From Thermodesulfobacteriota bacterium (lineage in GTDB: Bacteria > Desulfobacterota > Binatia > Bin18), in contig OZ219926.1 of NCBI GenBank assembly GCA_964291405.2, positions 2,112,001 through 2,176,000 of the forward strand: DNA of 64,000 nucleotides, in the 5' to 3' direction. The position numbers and the translations under genes are program-made. The notes below the pieces were generated by a model. It had not been told where the DNA came from. It was given only the letters and a program-made list of their open reading frames with translations, and ran no database searches. Positions 8,106 to 17,257 of the stretch are shown here, in pieces. How positions within the stretch are numbered: position 1 is the stretch's first letter; every line of letters begins with the position of its first letter.

Positions 8106-9115
8106 GGCTGGTACACCAACGTCCAAGGGGGGAAAGCTGACGACGGGGGCCGGTGTTCGAGATGGTAGGCCACTGGGGTCACATCCTCTCGGAGTGGGAA
8201 ATTCGCCGATATGGTGATGGGGACCGGCGTGAAAGTCAAGACAAAAAGCCCGACGGTACACCAGCCGTAGATGGTCCGCTTACGATCAAGGGGCAACACT
8301 GGATCGGCTGTCGGCGGGTGGTCAATGCCCAAGACGGCTAACAGGACGACCCACACAAACCAGCCTTGCCAGCCCTGAAAGCCCAGCACCAGAATAACCA
8401 GCAGAAAGGCGCGCGCTATCCAGCGGTGAACCGGCCCAAAGAGCGAGTACACCACATGGCCGCCATCGAGCTGGCCAACCGGCAGTAGATTGAGAAAGGT
8501 GACAAACAGGCCGAACCAGCCGGCAAGCGCAATGGGATGGAGGATGACTCCGACCTCATCAGGGGTCACGTCAAGAACGAGCGTGATTAAGGCAGAGAAC
8601 AGGACGGAGTCGCCCAGAATGATGCCACCCGAAAGTGGGTCGAGCGGCTGCACCTCGGAGAGTGTCAGGCCAACGATCACCGCGGGAATGGCGAAGCAGA
8701 CTCCGGCCCAGGGTCCGGCCGCGCCGATATCAAACAGTGCAGATCGATTAGCCGGCGCCGATTTCATCCGAATGAACGCGCCAAAAGTCCCGACAAAGAA
8801 TGGCGGGCCGGGAATGAAATACGGCAGGCTGGCCCAGACCCCGTGGATGCGGGCCAGGATGTAATGCCCCATCTCATGGCTAAGGAGGATGAGCAGTAAG
8901 GTGAGGGCAAACGGCAACCCCAACACCAGCGTAGACGGATCACTGAGGGGGTCCCCACCCGCCTGAAAGGTTCCGGCGAGCGTTGTGGTCAAGAGGGTTG
9001 CCCCAAACAGGACGATATGGATGGGCGGAATTGTTCTGGGTGGAACGGTCTGGGGAGACACAACCGATGACGGCAAATTCGGCGGGATGGAGTGATCGAA
9101 CGATGGTTGCGTCAT
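8102..9115 (-). CDS. Site-2 protease (peptidase M50)
   Basis: HEMGH and NLLPVGQLDGGH motifs; multiple TM segments. Confidence 0.92.
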   Translation of the reverse strand: MTQPSFDHSIPPNLPSSVVSPQTVPPRTIPPIHIVLFGATLLTTTLAGTFQAGGDPLSDPSTLVLGLPFALTLLLILLSHEMGHYILARIHGVWASLPYFIPGPPFFVGTFGAFIRMKSAPANRSALFDIGAAGPWAGVCFAIPAVIVGLTLSEVQPLDPLSGGIILGDSVLFSALITLVLDVTPDEVGVILHPIALAGWFGLFVTFLNLLPVGQLDGGHVVYSLFGPVHRWIARAFLLVILVLGFQGWQGWFVWVVLLAVLGIDHPPTADPVLPLDRKRTIYGWCTVGLFVLTFTPVPITISANFPLREDVTPVAYHLEHRPPSSAFPPWTLVYQP

Positions 9116-9507
9116 GCACTATATCCCAATTTATACGTGACCAGCCCCTTGGCAATCCGCTCGCCAGTCGAGGCCGTGACATCGACCTCAATAAAGACGA
9201 GACTCCGGCCACGCCGCAGGACGCGGGCTTCAGCAATGAGATCAACAGCGTGTGCCGCGGATAAATAGCTGACCGAGAGATCGGCCGTTGCACCACGGGT
9301 GGCACTCGGGTCGGCCTGCGACCAGGCGGCGATAACCCCGGCGCTGTCAATCAGGGTCGCAATGACCCCACCATGCACAACATCGCCGGCGGTCCGCAGT
9401 TCGGACCTGAAGGGCAGGCTGATACGGCAGAATTCCGGCGCCACCCTGTCGAGGCGAAAACCTAAGAGCATCTGAAATGGATCGAGCTGAGGCTGGAAAT
9501 CAGTCAC
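9112..9507 (-). CDS. PaaI family hotdog thioesterase
   Basis: VHGGVIATLID motif. Confidence 0.9.
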   Translation of the reverse strand: MTDFQPQLDPFQMLLGFRLDRVAPEFCRISLPFRSELRTAGDVVHGGVIATLIDSAGVIAAWSQADPSATRGATADLSVSYLSAAHAVDLIAEARVLRRGRSLVFIEVDVTASTGERIAKGLVTYKLGYSA

Positions 9508-9977
9508 AACTGTGTCCTGGTCGGGCCATTGACAACCGGCACCGTCGGTCTCTGCTCCACGCTTCTCTCCTGGAGCGGGTCAACGGCAAGGGGCAGACGG
9601 ACCGGCTGATTGAGGGGGGACTCGGTCTCCTCCTGGCGTGAGGGATCAGGCAAGAGGTCCGGCTCTTCAGGACCGTCATAGGGGAAGAAGGTGACGGCAA
9701 TCACAATATACAAAATGCACCATAAAGCCATAAACGGAGTGCGCTCGGTGAATTTCAGCGGACCGATTTCAATCTCTTTTGTTCCTTGGACCGCACGCAG
9801 CAAGAAGATAAGGGGGACGGCAACCAGCGCAGCCGCCAAGGCCGGATACAGCATAAACGAGGCGGGAGTATACGTTTCGCCGGCGTCAATATATGGCTTG
9901 AGCCGCAGACCGGACACTATGGCTGCGGATAATATGGCCAAGGCGGTCACCAGCATTCCCAAGAGTTCTTTTTTCAT
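9504..9977 (-). CDS. Hypothetical membrane protein (about 3 TM)
   Basis: GGAGG RBS before MKKELL; hydrophobic helices; coupled to the downstream gene. Confidence 0.7.
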   Translation of the reverse strand: MKKELLGMLVTALAILSAAIVSGLRLKPYIDAGETYTPASFMLYPALAAALVAVPLIFLLRAVQGTKEIEIGPLKFTERTPFMALWCILYIVIAVTFFPYDGPEEPDLLPDPSRQEETESPLNQPVRLPLAVDPLQERSVEQRPTVPVVNGPTRTQL

Positions 9978-10104
9978 ACCTCCCCAAACAAACAATCCAA
10001 GCGAGCGTAAGTCAAGGTGGCGCAAATCGGCTCTGTCGGCTACGCTCCTTTCACATCCTGCGGAGCGCCCCTGTTCGGTCCACGGATGAGCGCGAGTCAA
10101 GACA

Positions 10105-10719
10105 GTGAAAATTTCAAGCGTTGAGTTTGCTGGCGCCGCGATGCAGCCGGGACGATATCCAAGACTCTCTCAGCCGGAGATCGCCTTTGCCGGACGTTCG
10201 AATGTCGGCAAGTCTTCGTTAATCAACCGACTCCTAAACCAGAAAATTGCCCGGACGAGTCAGACTCCAGGCCGTACGCGACAGCTCAATTTTTTTACCA
10301 TCAACCAGGTCCTGACCTTTGTAGATCTGCCCGGCTACGGCTATGCCAAAGTTGCCAAGTCTGAGCGGACGGCCTGGCAGCGACTGATTGAAGACTATCT
10401 GATACATGCGCCGAACCTGTGTGGGGTAGTCGTCATTCTCGATATCCGACGTGGTCCAGAAGCAGAGGAGGCAGCCCTGGCTGACTTTCTCGCCTATCAT
10501 AACCGCCCCTTTCTCTTTGTGGCGACCAAATGTGACAAGCTCAAGCGCAACCAGCGGGAAAAGCAACGCCAGATCCTGATGCGGCAAATCGGTGGTGAAC
10601 CCCTGCTTCTTTTTTCCGCTCGGGATGGTCAGGGCACGGACACTCTGTGGCAGGCGATACTCGCGCTGACCGCCTCCCATCCCGCTGCACTCGAGACGAA
10701 GAGAATCTCAGATGCCTAG
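10105..10719 (+). CDS. engB: Ribosome biogenesis GTP-binding protein YihA/YsxC
   Basis: GRSNVGKSS, PGRT, DLPGYGYA and TKCD motifs. Confidence 0.96.
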   Translation: MKISSVEFAGAAMQPGRYPRLSQPEIAFAGRSNVGKSSLINRLLNQKIARTSQTPGRTRQLNFFTINQVLTFVDLPGYGYAKVAKSERTAWQRLIEDYLIHAPNLCGVVVILDIRRGPEAEEAALADFLAYHNRPFLFVATKCDKLKRNQREKQRQILMRQIGGEPLLLFSARDGQGTDTLWQAILALTASHPAALETKRISDA

Positions 10720-11584
10720 CGTTTCGACTATCATACCGACTTATAATCGCCCCGCCTTTCTGCGTGAGGCGTTGGCCTCCGTGCTGGCTCAGACGTATCA
10801 GGACAGTGAAACGATTGTCGTGGACGACGGCTCGACGAACGCGGCCCGGGATGCAACCCAGCGGACCGTCGAAGAATATGCCCGCGCACGATCCCGTCCC
10901 ATACGCTACCTCTTTCAGCCCCATCGGGGCGTCTCCGCCGCACGCAATCGTGGGGTAGCCGCCAGTCAGGGCGAACTCCTCGCCTTTCTCGATTCCGACG
11001 ACGTCTGGCAGCCCGAAAAATTATCTCATCAGGTCGCTTTCTTTGAAACGCAGCCGACCGCACAGATTTGCCAGACACAGGAAACCTGGATTCGTCATGG
11101 AGTTCGGGTCAACCCACGCAAGAAACATCGAAAACCTCACGGGGATATTTTTGTTCAGAGCCTCGCCTGCTGTCTGGTCAGTCCTTCGGCCGTTATGCTG
11201 CGTAGGGCATTGTTTGAGCGGATGGGTGGTTTTGATGAGCAACTCCCGGCCTGTGAAGATTATGACCTGTGGCTGCGTATCAGCGTGCGGGAGCCAGTCC
11301 ACCTGATTGATACACCTCTGGTCCTGAAACGCGGCGGTCACGCCGACCAATTATCCCGCCAGTTTTGGGGAATGGACCGGTTCCGGCTTATCGCGCTCCG
11401 CAAGCTGCTCGATTCGGGGCGACTCTCTCTCCAGCAACGAAACGCCACACTCTCTATGTTCCACAAGAAGTGTCGGGTCTTGGCCAATGGAGCACGCAAA
11501 CGTGGCAAGTCGGCGGAACCCTACCTAGCCCTGATGGCACGCTATCCTTGCGCGCAAAAGGAGTCGTATGGCCAAACAGGATGA
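10712..11584 (+). CDS. Glycosyltransferase family 2
   Basis: IIPTYNR, VVDDGS, FLDSDD and EDYDLWLR motifs. Confidence 0.92.
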   Translation: MPSVSTIIPTYNRPAFLREALASVLAQTYQDSETIVVDDGSTNAARDATQRTVEEYARARSRPIRYLFQPHRGVSAARNRGVAASQGELLAFLDSDDVWQPEKLSHQVAFFETQPTAQICQTQETWIRHGVRVNPRKKHRKPHGDIFVQSLACCLVSPSAVMLRRALFERMGGFDEQLPACEDYDLWLRISVREPVHLIDTPLVLKRGGHADQLSRQFWGMDRFRLIALRKLLDSGRLSLQQRNATLSMFHKKCRVLANGARKRGKSAEPYLALMARYPCAQKESYGQTG

Positions 11585-12116
11585 GCAGGAGCACGCGCGG
11601 CGGATAGCGACCTATGCCCAGCGCAAACGCTTGAGCGGCACAACGCTGGCCCGCTGGCAGGCGTGGCCAGCAACAGACCAAGCTGCGCTATTCTCCCTGC
11701 TGCAAGACCTCCAATGCGGTGAGAATCATCTTAAAGACTTGCTCGATTGGTTAGAAGAAATTGCTGCGCGGGATGAGCAGAGCGTTACTGACATTCTCGA
11801 ACGGCGAGGACTTCGGAACGCACGGACAACACCGGGCTCACGCCACGACAAACTCAAAGCGGTCAAAACGATGTTACGCAAGATACGCTACCCGCGCCTG
11901 ACCCGCTTGGAGGAAAATGTCCGCCAGGCGGTAAAAGCCCTCGACTTGGGCAGGGTAGGACAGGTCTCTTTCCCGCCAGACTTTGAAGGCGACGAGGTCA
12001 CGCTCACCCTCACGGTCCGCAATGTTCACGAGCTCCGAGACGTTCTCTCTCAGCTTCAGCAACGGCTCGAGGATAGTCGCTTTCAGCGCGTGTTTGAGGC
12101 TCTGGATGAGGTGTGA
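11568..12116 (+). CDS. Conserved hypothetical protein resembling the C-terminal part of ParB-like proteins found beside SplB-like genes
   Basis: LEEIAARD, RYPRL..LEE and PPDFEG pattern; overlaps the GT2 gene. Confidence 0.55.
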   Translation: MAKQDEQEHARRIATYAQRKRLSGTTLARWQAWPATDQAALFSLLQDLQCGENHLKDLLDWLEEIAARDEQSVTDILERRGLRNARTTPGSRHDKLKAVKTMLRKIRYPRLTRLEENVRQAVKALDLGRVGQVSFPPDFEGDEVTLTLTVRNVHELRDVLSQLQQRLEDSRFQRVFEALDEV

Positions 12117-12139
12117 GTCCTGCGGCATAATAGACGGCG

Positions 12140-13273
12140 ATGTACCGACCGACTGAAATCTTTATCGAACGCGGCGAGGAAGAGACTCCGGTCGTTCAAC
12201 GGGCTTTAGCCAGGCTGCCGGAGCTGCCTGTCCGCGTTGTTGAAAAAGACTGGGAGCAAAAGGAAACACATCCGGCGGTCAAAGACCCGTTCGGTGCCGG
12301 CAAGCGGCGGCTGTTCTTTACCCGCCAACGCGCCCGATTTCTCGAACATTGTCCGGCCGGAACCCCTGGGCTGGTGTGTTGCAACTATCTGGTCGTCAGC
12401 CTGATCTCCAACTGCCCAATGGATTGCAGCTATTGTTTTTTACAAGAATATCTTGCCAATAACCCCACCCTCAAAGTCTTCACCAATAGTGACGACCTGC
12501 TGGATGAAGTCGCCCAGGTTGTCGACCGTCAGCCGTGGAGACAGTTTCGGATTGGGACTGGTGAACTGTCCGACAGCCTGGCCTTGGATGCGCTGATTGG
12601 TTTCTCAGCAGACCTGGTACCTTTCTTCGCTGCTCGGAAGAACGTCCTGCTCGAACTCAAAACGAAAAGCGACTGTATTGATAATTTGCTCGGGCTCGAG
12701 TCGCACGGGCGGGTCGTGGTGTCTTGGAGCCTGACGCCACCGGCTATTGCGGACACGGAGGAGCACGGCACGGCGTCGTTTGCCGAACGCCTCCAGGCCG
12801 CCCACCGTGTCCAGCAGGCTGGCTATAAAATAGGTTTTCACTTTGATCCGCTCATCGAGTATCCCAACTGGGAGACGGATTATCGGCGAGCGCTTGAGCA
12901 GGTCTTTACGACCGTTGACCCACGGGGGGTCGCCTGGGTCAGTTTCGGCAGCCTCCGCATTACTCCATCTCTACGGAAAGTCATCCGTCAACGCTTCCCG
13001 CGGACCCGCCTCTTATCCGGTGAGCAGGTCTTGTGTGATGATGGGAAATGGCGCACCTTTCAGGCATTGCGCGTCAAAATGTACCGTAGCCTGATCACTC
13101 AGTTGAACAGCCTTGCTCCCACGGTTCCGGTGTATATGTGCATGGAAACTGCCCCGGTGTGGCAAAAGGTCTTCGGTCGCGCTCCGGGCTGTGACAAGGA
13201 TGTTGCTCGATCCCTGACTGAACCGAATCTGAGCTACGGAAGCGCACCTCAGGAGGACATGCAGAGCAATTGA
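12140..13273 (+). CDS. Spore photoproduct lyase-like radical SAM protein
   Basis: CPMDCSYC, GTGELSDSL, LELKTKS, VSWSL and GFHFDP motifs. Confidence 0.88.
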   Translation: MYRPTEIFIERGEEETPVVQRALARLPELPVRVVEKDWEQKETHPAVKDPFGAGKRRLFFTRQRARFLEHCPAGTPGLVCCNYLVVSLISNCPMDCSYCFLQEYLANNPTLKVFTNSDDLLDEVAQVVDRQPWRQFRIGTGELSDSLALDALIGFSADLVPFFAARKNVLLELKTKSDCIDNLLGLESHGRVVVSWSLTPPAIADTEEHGTASFAERLQAAHRVQQAGYKIGFHFDPLIEYPNWETDYRRALEQVFTTVDPRGVAWVSFGSLRITPSLRKVIRQRFPRTRLLSGEQVLCDDGKWRTFQALRVKMYRSLITQLNSLAPTVPVYMCMETAPVWQKVFGRAPGCDKDVARSLTEPNLSYGSAPQEDMQSN

Positions 13274-13332
13274 CAGCCTGGGAGGCGCTCTGGTAGCAGT
13301 CAGAGAACTTCTTTACCGATCGGGGAGGCAGT

Positions 13333-13812
13333 ATGGCAATTGATGGACGAGAATTACGCAACGCAATGGGGCTGTTTGCAACCGGGGTCACCATCATCAC
13401 CACGAAAGATGCCACGGGAAAGCCGTTCGGTCTGACCGCCAATGCGTTTAGCTCGCTGTCTCTGGACCCACCGATGCTTTTAATCTGTGTGGATAAGGGC
13501 GTGGACTGCTATAACTGTTTTGAGGAATCCAAGGTCTTTGCCGTCAACTTCCTGAGCGCAGCGCAAGAAGAGCTGTCCACCCGTTTTGCAACAAAAGGAA
13601 TTGAGAAGTTTGCGGGCTTATCCTACAGCCTCGGAGAACTCGGGGTTGCCCTGCTTGAGGGAGCGCTGGCGCATTTTGAATGCACCGTCGCCCACGCCTA
13701 CGAAGGGGGGGATCACACGATCTATGTTGGAGAGATTCAGCGGCTCGTGACCGTACCGGGCGACCCACTCCTCTTTTATCAGGGAAAATATCGTTCCCTG
13801 GCCCCGCAGTAG
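13333..13812 (+). CDS. Flavin reductase (RutF/DIM6 family)
   Basis: FATGVTIIT, SLSLDPP and GGDH motifs. Confidence 0.93.
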   Translation: MAIDGRELRNAMGLFATGVTIITTKDATGKPFGLTANAFSSLSLDPPMLLICVDKGVDCYNCFEESKVFAVNFLSAAQEELSTRFATKGIEKFAGLSYSLGELGVALLEGALAHFECTVAHAYEGGDHTIYVGEIQRLVTVPGDPLLFYQGKYRSLAPQ

Positions 13813-13873
13813 TCCCCCGTGAGGCCGTCCGTTCAACGTGCATCCCATCTGCTCGTTGGACGTCGCGTCGTCG

Positions 13874-14485
13874 TTACAGAATCTCTTTTGACTGGACGTT
13901 GCCCTCAGCGTCAATATCGTACACCACCGGGACACCTGTTCCCAACTCAAGACTGAGGACTGCCTCTCGGCTCAACTGATCGAGATGCATGATGATCGAA
14001 CGCAGGCTATTGCCATGCGCCGCAACCAATACATGCTGTCCGGCTTGGACCGTTGGGAGAATCCGGTCTTTCAAGTAGGGTAGAGTCCGTGCGGCCGTAT
14101 TTTCCAGGCTTTCCCCGCCTGGTGGAGCAATATCATAGCTCCGTCGCCAGAGTCGTACCTGCTCGTCGCCAAACTTCTTGGCAGTTTCGGCTTTATTGAG
14201 GCCCTGCAGGTCGCCGTAATGGCGTTCGTTGAGTGCTTGGTCCTGTTCGACGGGAAGATGGGGTTGGCCGAGCATCTCCAAGACCAATTCGAGCGTTCGG
14301 ATGGCACGCTGAAGCACTGAGGTGAAAGTGGTATCAAATTGCAGACCAGCGGCTTTGATCTTTTCTCCGGCTTGTCGAGCCTCTTCTTCGCCTTTTTCCG
14401 TCAGGGCAACGTCAACCCAACCAGTAAAGCGGTTTTCCAGATTCCATTGTGATTGGCCATGTCGAAGGAGTACGAGATATGCCAT
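13874..14485 (-). CDS. gpmA: 2,3-bisphosphoglycerate-dependent phosphoglycerate mutase
   Basis: RHGQSQWN, RFTGW, LNERHYG and AHGNSLR motifs. Confidence 0.96.
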   Translation of the reverse strand: MAYLVLLRHGQSQWNLENRFTGWVDVALTEKGEEEARQAGEKIKAAGLQFDTTFTSVLQRAIRTLELVLEMLGQPHLPVEQDQALNERHYGDLQGLNKAETAKKFGDEQVRLWRRSYDIAPPGGESLENTAARTLPYLKDRILPTVQAGQHVLVAAHGNSLRSIIMHLDQLSREAVLSLELGTGVPVVYDIDAEGNVQSKEIL

Positions 14486-14646
14486 CTATTCTCCGAGTTT
14501 CCCAGCGTCCTCAGACCAAGGGCGCGGCTTCAGTCTTCCCGCTCGCCATACCAGGCCGGCCATCTCTGGGCAAGCGGGGCGGGGCGCCGAATATGAGCCG
14601 GGGTAATCCAGAGCTTGACGGCAGCCCTGGACGGGCAGAGTGCAGC

Positions 14647-17241
14647 CTAGCCTGCGAGCCGACGGATAACGAGTTCCATAAGATAGAAGGCCATGGCAAG
14701 GGGTATGAGATAAGGCCAGAGCGGCAGTTGCTCGGCTGGTCCAAGCGGCGGGCTGAGGGTTGCCAACTCAGGGCTCAGTGCGCCGCCCGTTGCCTCTACC
14801 AACGTTTCAAAGAGGCGGAGATTGGGCTGGAGCTGAGGGGTTTCACGCGGCTGGAGACGGGGCAGCGTGTAGCCGAGAGGGCCAAACCGCTCCCCGGTAG
14901 GAAAGGTGCCCTCAAGGGTATAGTCGCCTGACATGCGGGTATCGTACTTTCCTTGGTAATGGCCGGGCGCTAAGCGTTCAAAAAGCAGGCGAGAGGCCAT
15001 CCCATCCGGCGTCGTGAGCGTTGCCGTGAGCGTTGCGTCGGCTTGGGCTGACTCTTTCGTCCCATAGAAAAACGCTTCAACCAGCAGCCCCGTCTCGTTG
15101 TGCCCGACCTCGACGGAAAACGGAGAGGCATACTGTCCATTGCGCTCGTCTCCCTCCTCTCGGGCAAAACTCCAGCGAACGGTTTGATTCCAGAACTGGC
15201 TGTAGCGGTCCCAGCGCACCCACGGCGCCGACCAACGCCCGCTCGCGTCTGAGGTAAACGCCGCTGCTCTGCCCTGACCGTAGGACCAGGAGGCCAAAAG
15301 GGGCAGTTGCTTGTCCGCATCCCGGACCGACAGGTCTGCTCGTGCTCCCTCTTTGAGTCGGGTTTGCACATAGCCTTTCACTGCCGGGAGTCGCTGCTGA
15401 TCTAAGCCCTTAAGCAGAGGGGAACGTGGGTTCGGAATGGGGTGCAGGAGCCGCTCAACCATAGTCTTTTCTTCCGGTTTCTCTTCCAACTCATCGAGGA
15501 AGAGGTCGGGTAGAGTCGACGGGTCTGTTGTATGGTAGAACGCCCCGCCACCGTAGTCTGCCAAACGAGATAACAGACGCAGGTTTGCTTGTTTGCCCAC
15601 GGCAATGGTTGAAATCGTAATCTTGAGGTTGTTCCGCAGCACTGAGGCAAGGTCCAGATAGTCGCTCCCGCTGCCGCCAGTCTCACCGTCGGTCAGGAGC
15701 ACAATATGTTTGCGGGTGGCATGCTGACGTTCCAACTGACGTTTGGCCTCTTGGAGGGCAGGCAGCAGAAACGTACCGCCGGACGGCTTTAAGCGGTCAA
15801 TCCGATCATCAAGCTGGGCACGTATTTTACCCAAATAGTCGAGTGGGGCCACTACAAACGGGGTTTTATCAAAACCGATGACCCCAAACAGGTCGGTATC
15901 TGTCAGGTTCCGGGCAACCGCCCGGGCTCCCAATTTCGCGTACAACAGTTTCCGCTGTTTCCGCATACTGCCGGACTTGTCAATAATCAGTAGCATGGCC
16001 GTCCGCTGCTCCTCTTTTTGGGGAGGGACGAGCCGCACAGGAAGGGCTTGCTCGATTGCCGTGCCAGCGTAGTGGCCCAGACCGAGGCTGCTTTCTCCTC
16101 CGACCATAATCAGACCACCACCATTTTTGACATAGGCATCCATCCCGCGCGCAAAGGCCGCAGGGAGTTGTTGGTGAGCAATATTATTAAGGATCACTGC
16201 AGTAAAGGTGTTGAGCGCGGGGACAGAAGCGGGTTGGGTATGCAGCGCAAGAGCCGTAACGGCGAGTCCACGACTGCTTAAAGCCTGTTCGAGATAGCGA
16301 CTGTCACGCGGGGTTGCACTGAGCAGCAAGACACTCGACTGCGGCGCAACCTGTACCCACGCGGTTGCCTGGTTGTCGTAGGGAATGGCGTCGGGCGCCT
16401 CAGGATACGGGGCGAAACTTGCATGTAAGGGGACGAGCCCACTGCCGGATAACTGCAGCGAATGGGTGAGGAAGGAGGCTCCTGGGCGGAGTTCGGTTTC
16501 CTGCTGCCAGACGACAGTATCGCGCTCGCGCACCGTCAGCTCACCCCGTGCAGGTTGAAGAGCAGTATTCTCCAATGCAATCGTAATCTCAATATCGTCT
16601 CCACCCGAGGTGGACTGCGGCGCACCAAAACGCTGGAGTGCGATATTGGGCGCGCGTTCTTCCGACGGTGGGGGCAGTGGGTAGAGGCGGAGGCCCTGCT
16701 TTGCCAGCGCAGAGAGCAGGGCTGTTACCGTTCCCTGCGTTTCCCAGCCATCGCTCAAGACATAGACCGGTCGGGGTTGGGGTTCTTCCAAAAGCTGACT
16801 CAGGGCAGCCTCAATATTGGTCTCTTCAGGCTGTACTCCTTCCGGAGGACTGACCAAAAGGGGAGGAATATCTTGCCAGGCTAGCCGCTGGTTCGCCCCC
16901 CCGAAGAGCACAACCGGGGTGTCTGGAGCGGGCCGTATATGGTCCGTAATCGTTTGCTGTATCCACTGCCGTTGGGTGGCGGTCATACTATCTGAGACAT
17001 CGATGACCAAGATGGGAGAAACGGGTTGTTGTTTGCCTCGGGTAGAGGGGCCAGCAGCTGCAAGGATGAGCACGATCAGGAAAAGCCCGCGAAGCACCAG
17101 ACTGGGCAACGAAGGACGCCGACGGAAAGCAAAACGTTGCAGTAAGAGGAAGAAAGGGATCGCAACAAGCCCGTACAGCACAGTCGGCCGGCTCCAGTCC
17201 AACGGAGGCAAAAGATCGGTTAGCAGCGTCAGGCCTTCCAT
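14647..17241 (-). CDS. Membrane-anchored double-VWA / glutamine-amidotransferase-like protein
   Basis: MIDAS motifs DVSDSM and DKSGSM, SDG/TDG, and N- and C-terminal TM segments. Start set at MEGLT. Confidence 0.85.
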   Translation of the reverse strand: MEGLTLLTDLLPPLDWSRPTVLYGLVAIPFFLLLQRFAFRRRPSLPSLVLRGLFLIVLILAAAGPSTRGKQQPVSPILVIDVSDSMTATQRQWIQQTITDHIRPAPDTPVVLFGGANQRLAWQDIPPLLVSPPEGVQPEETNIEAALSQLLEEPQPRPVYVLSDGWETQGTVTALLSALAKQGLRLYPLPPPSEERAPNIALQRFGAPQSTSGGDDIEITIALENTALQPARGELTVRERDTVVWQQETELRPGASFLTHSLQLSGSGLVPLHASFAPYPEAPDAIPYDNQATAWVQVAPQSSVLLLSATPRDSRYLEQALSSRGLAVTALALHTQPASVPALNTFTAVILNNIAHQQLPAAFARGMDAYVKNGGGLIMVGGESSLGLGHYAGTAIEQALPVRLVPPQKEEQRTAMLLIIDKSGSMRKQRKLLYAKLGARAVARNLTDTDLFGVIGFDKTPFVVAPLDYLGKIRAQLDDRIDRLKPSGGTFLLPALQEAKRQLERQHATRKHIVLLTDGETGGSGSDYLDLASVLRNNLKITISTIAVGKQANLRLLSRLADYGGGAFYHTTDPSTLPDLFLDELEEKPEEKTMVERLLHPIPNPRSPLLKGLDQQRLPAVKGYVQTRLKEGARADLSVRDADKQLPLLASWSYGQGRAAAFTSDASGRWSAPWVRWDRYSQFWNQTVRWSFAREEGDERNGQYASPFSVEVGHNETGLLVEAFFYGTKESAQADATLTATLTTPDGMASRLLFERLAPGHYQGKYDTRMSGDYTLEGTFPTGERFGPLGYTLPRLQPRETPQLQPNLRLFETLVEATGGALSPELATLSPPLGPAEQLPLWPYLIPLAMAFYLMELVIRRLAG

Positions 17242-17257
17242 AGTCGCAACCACCCAC

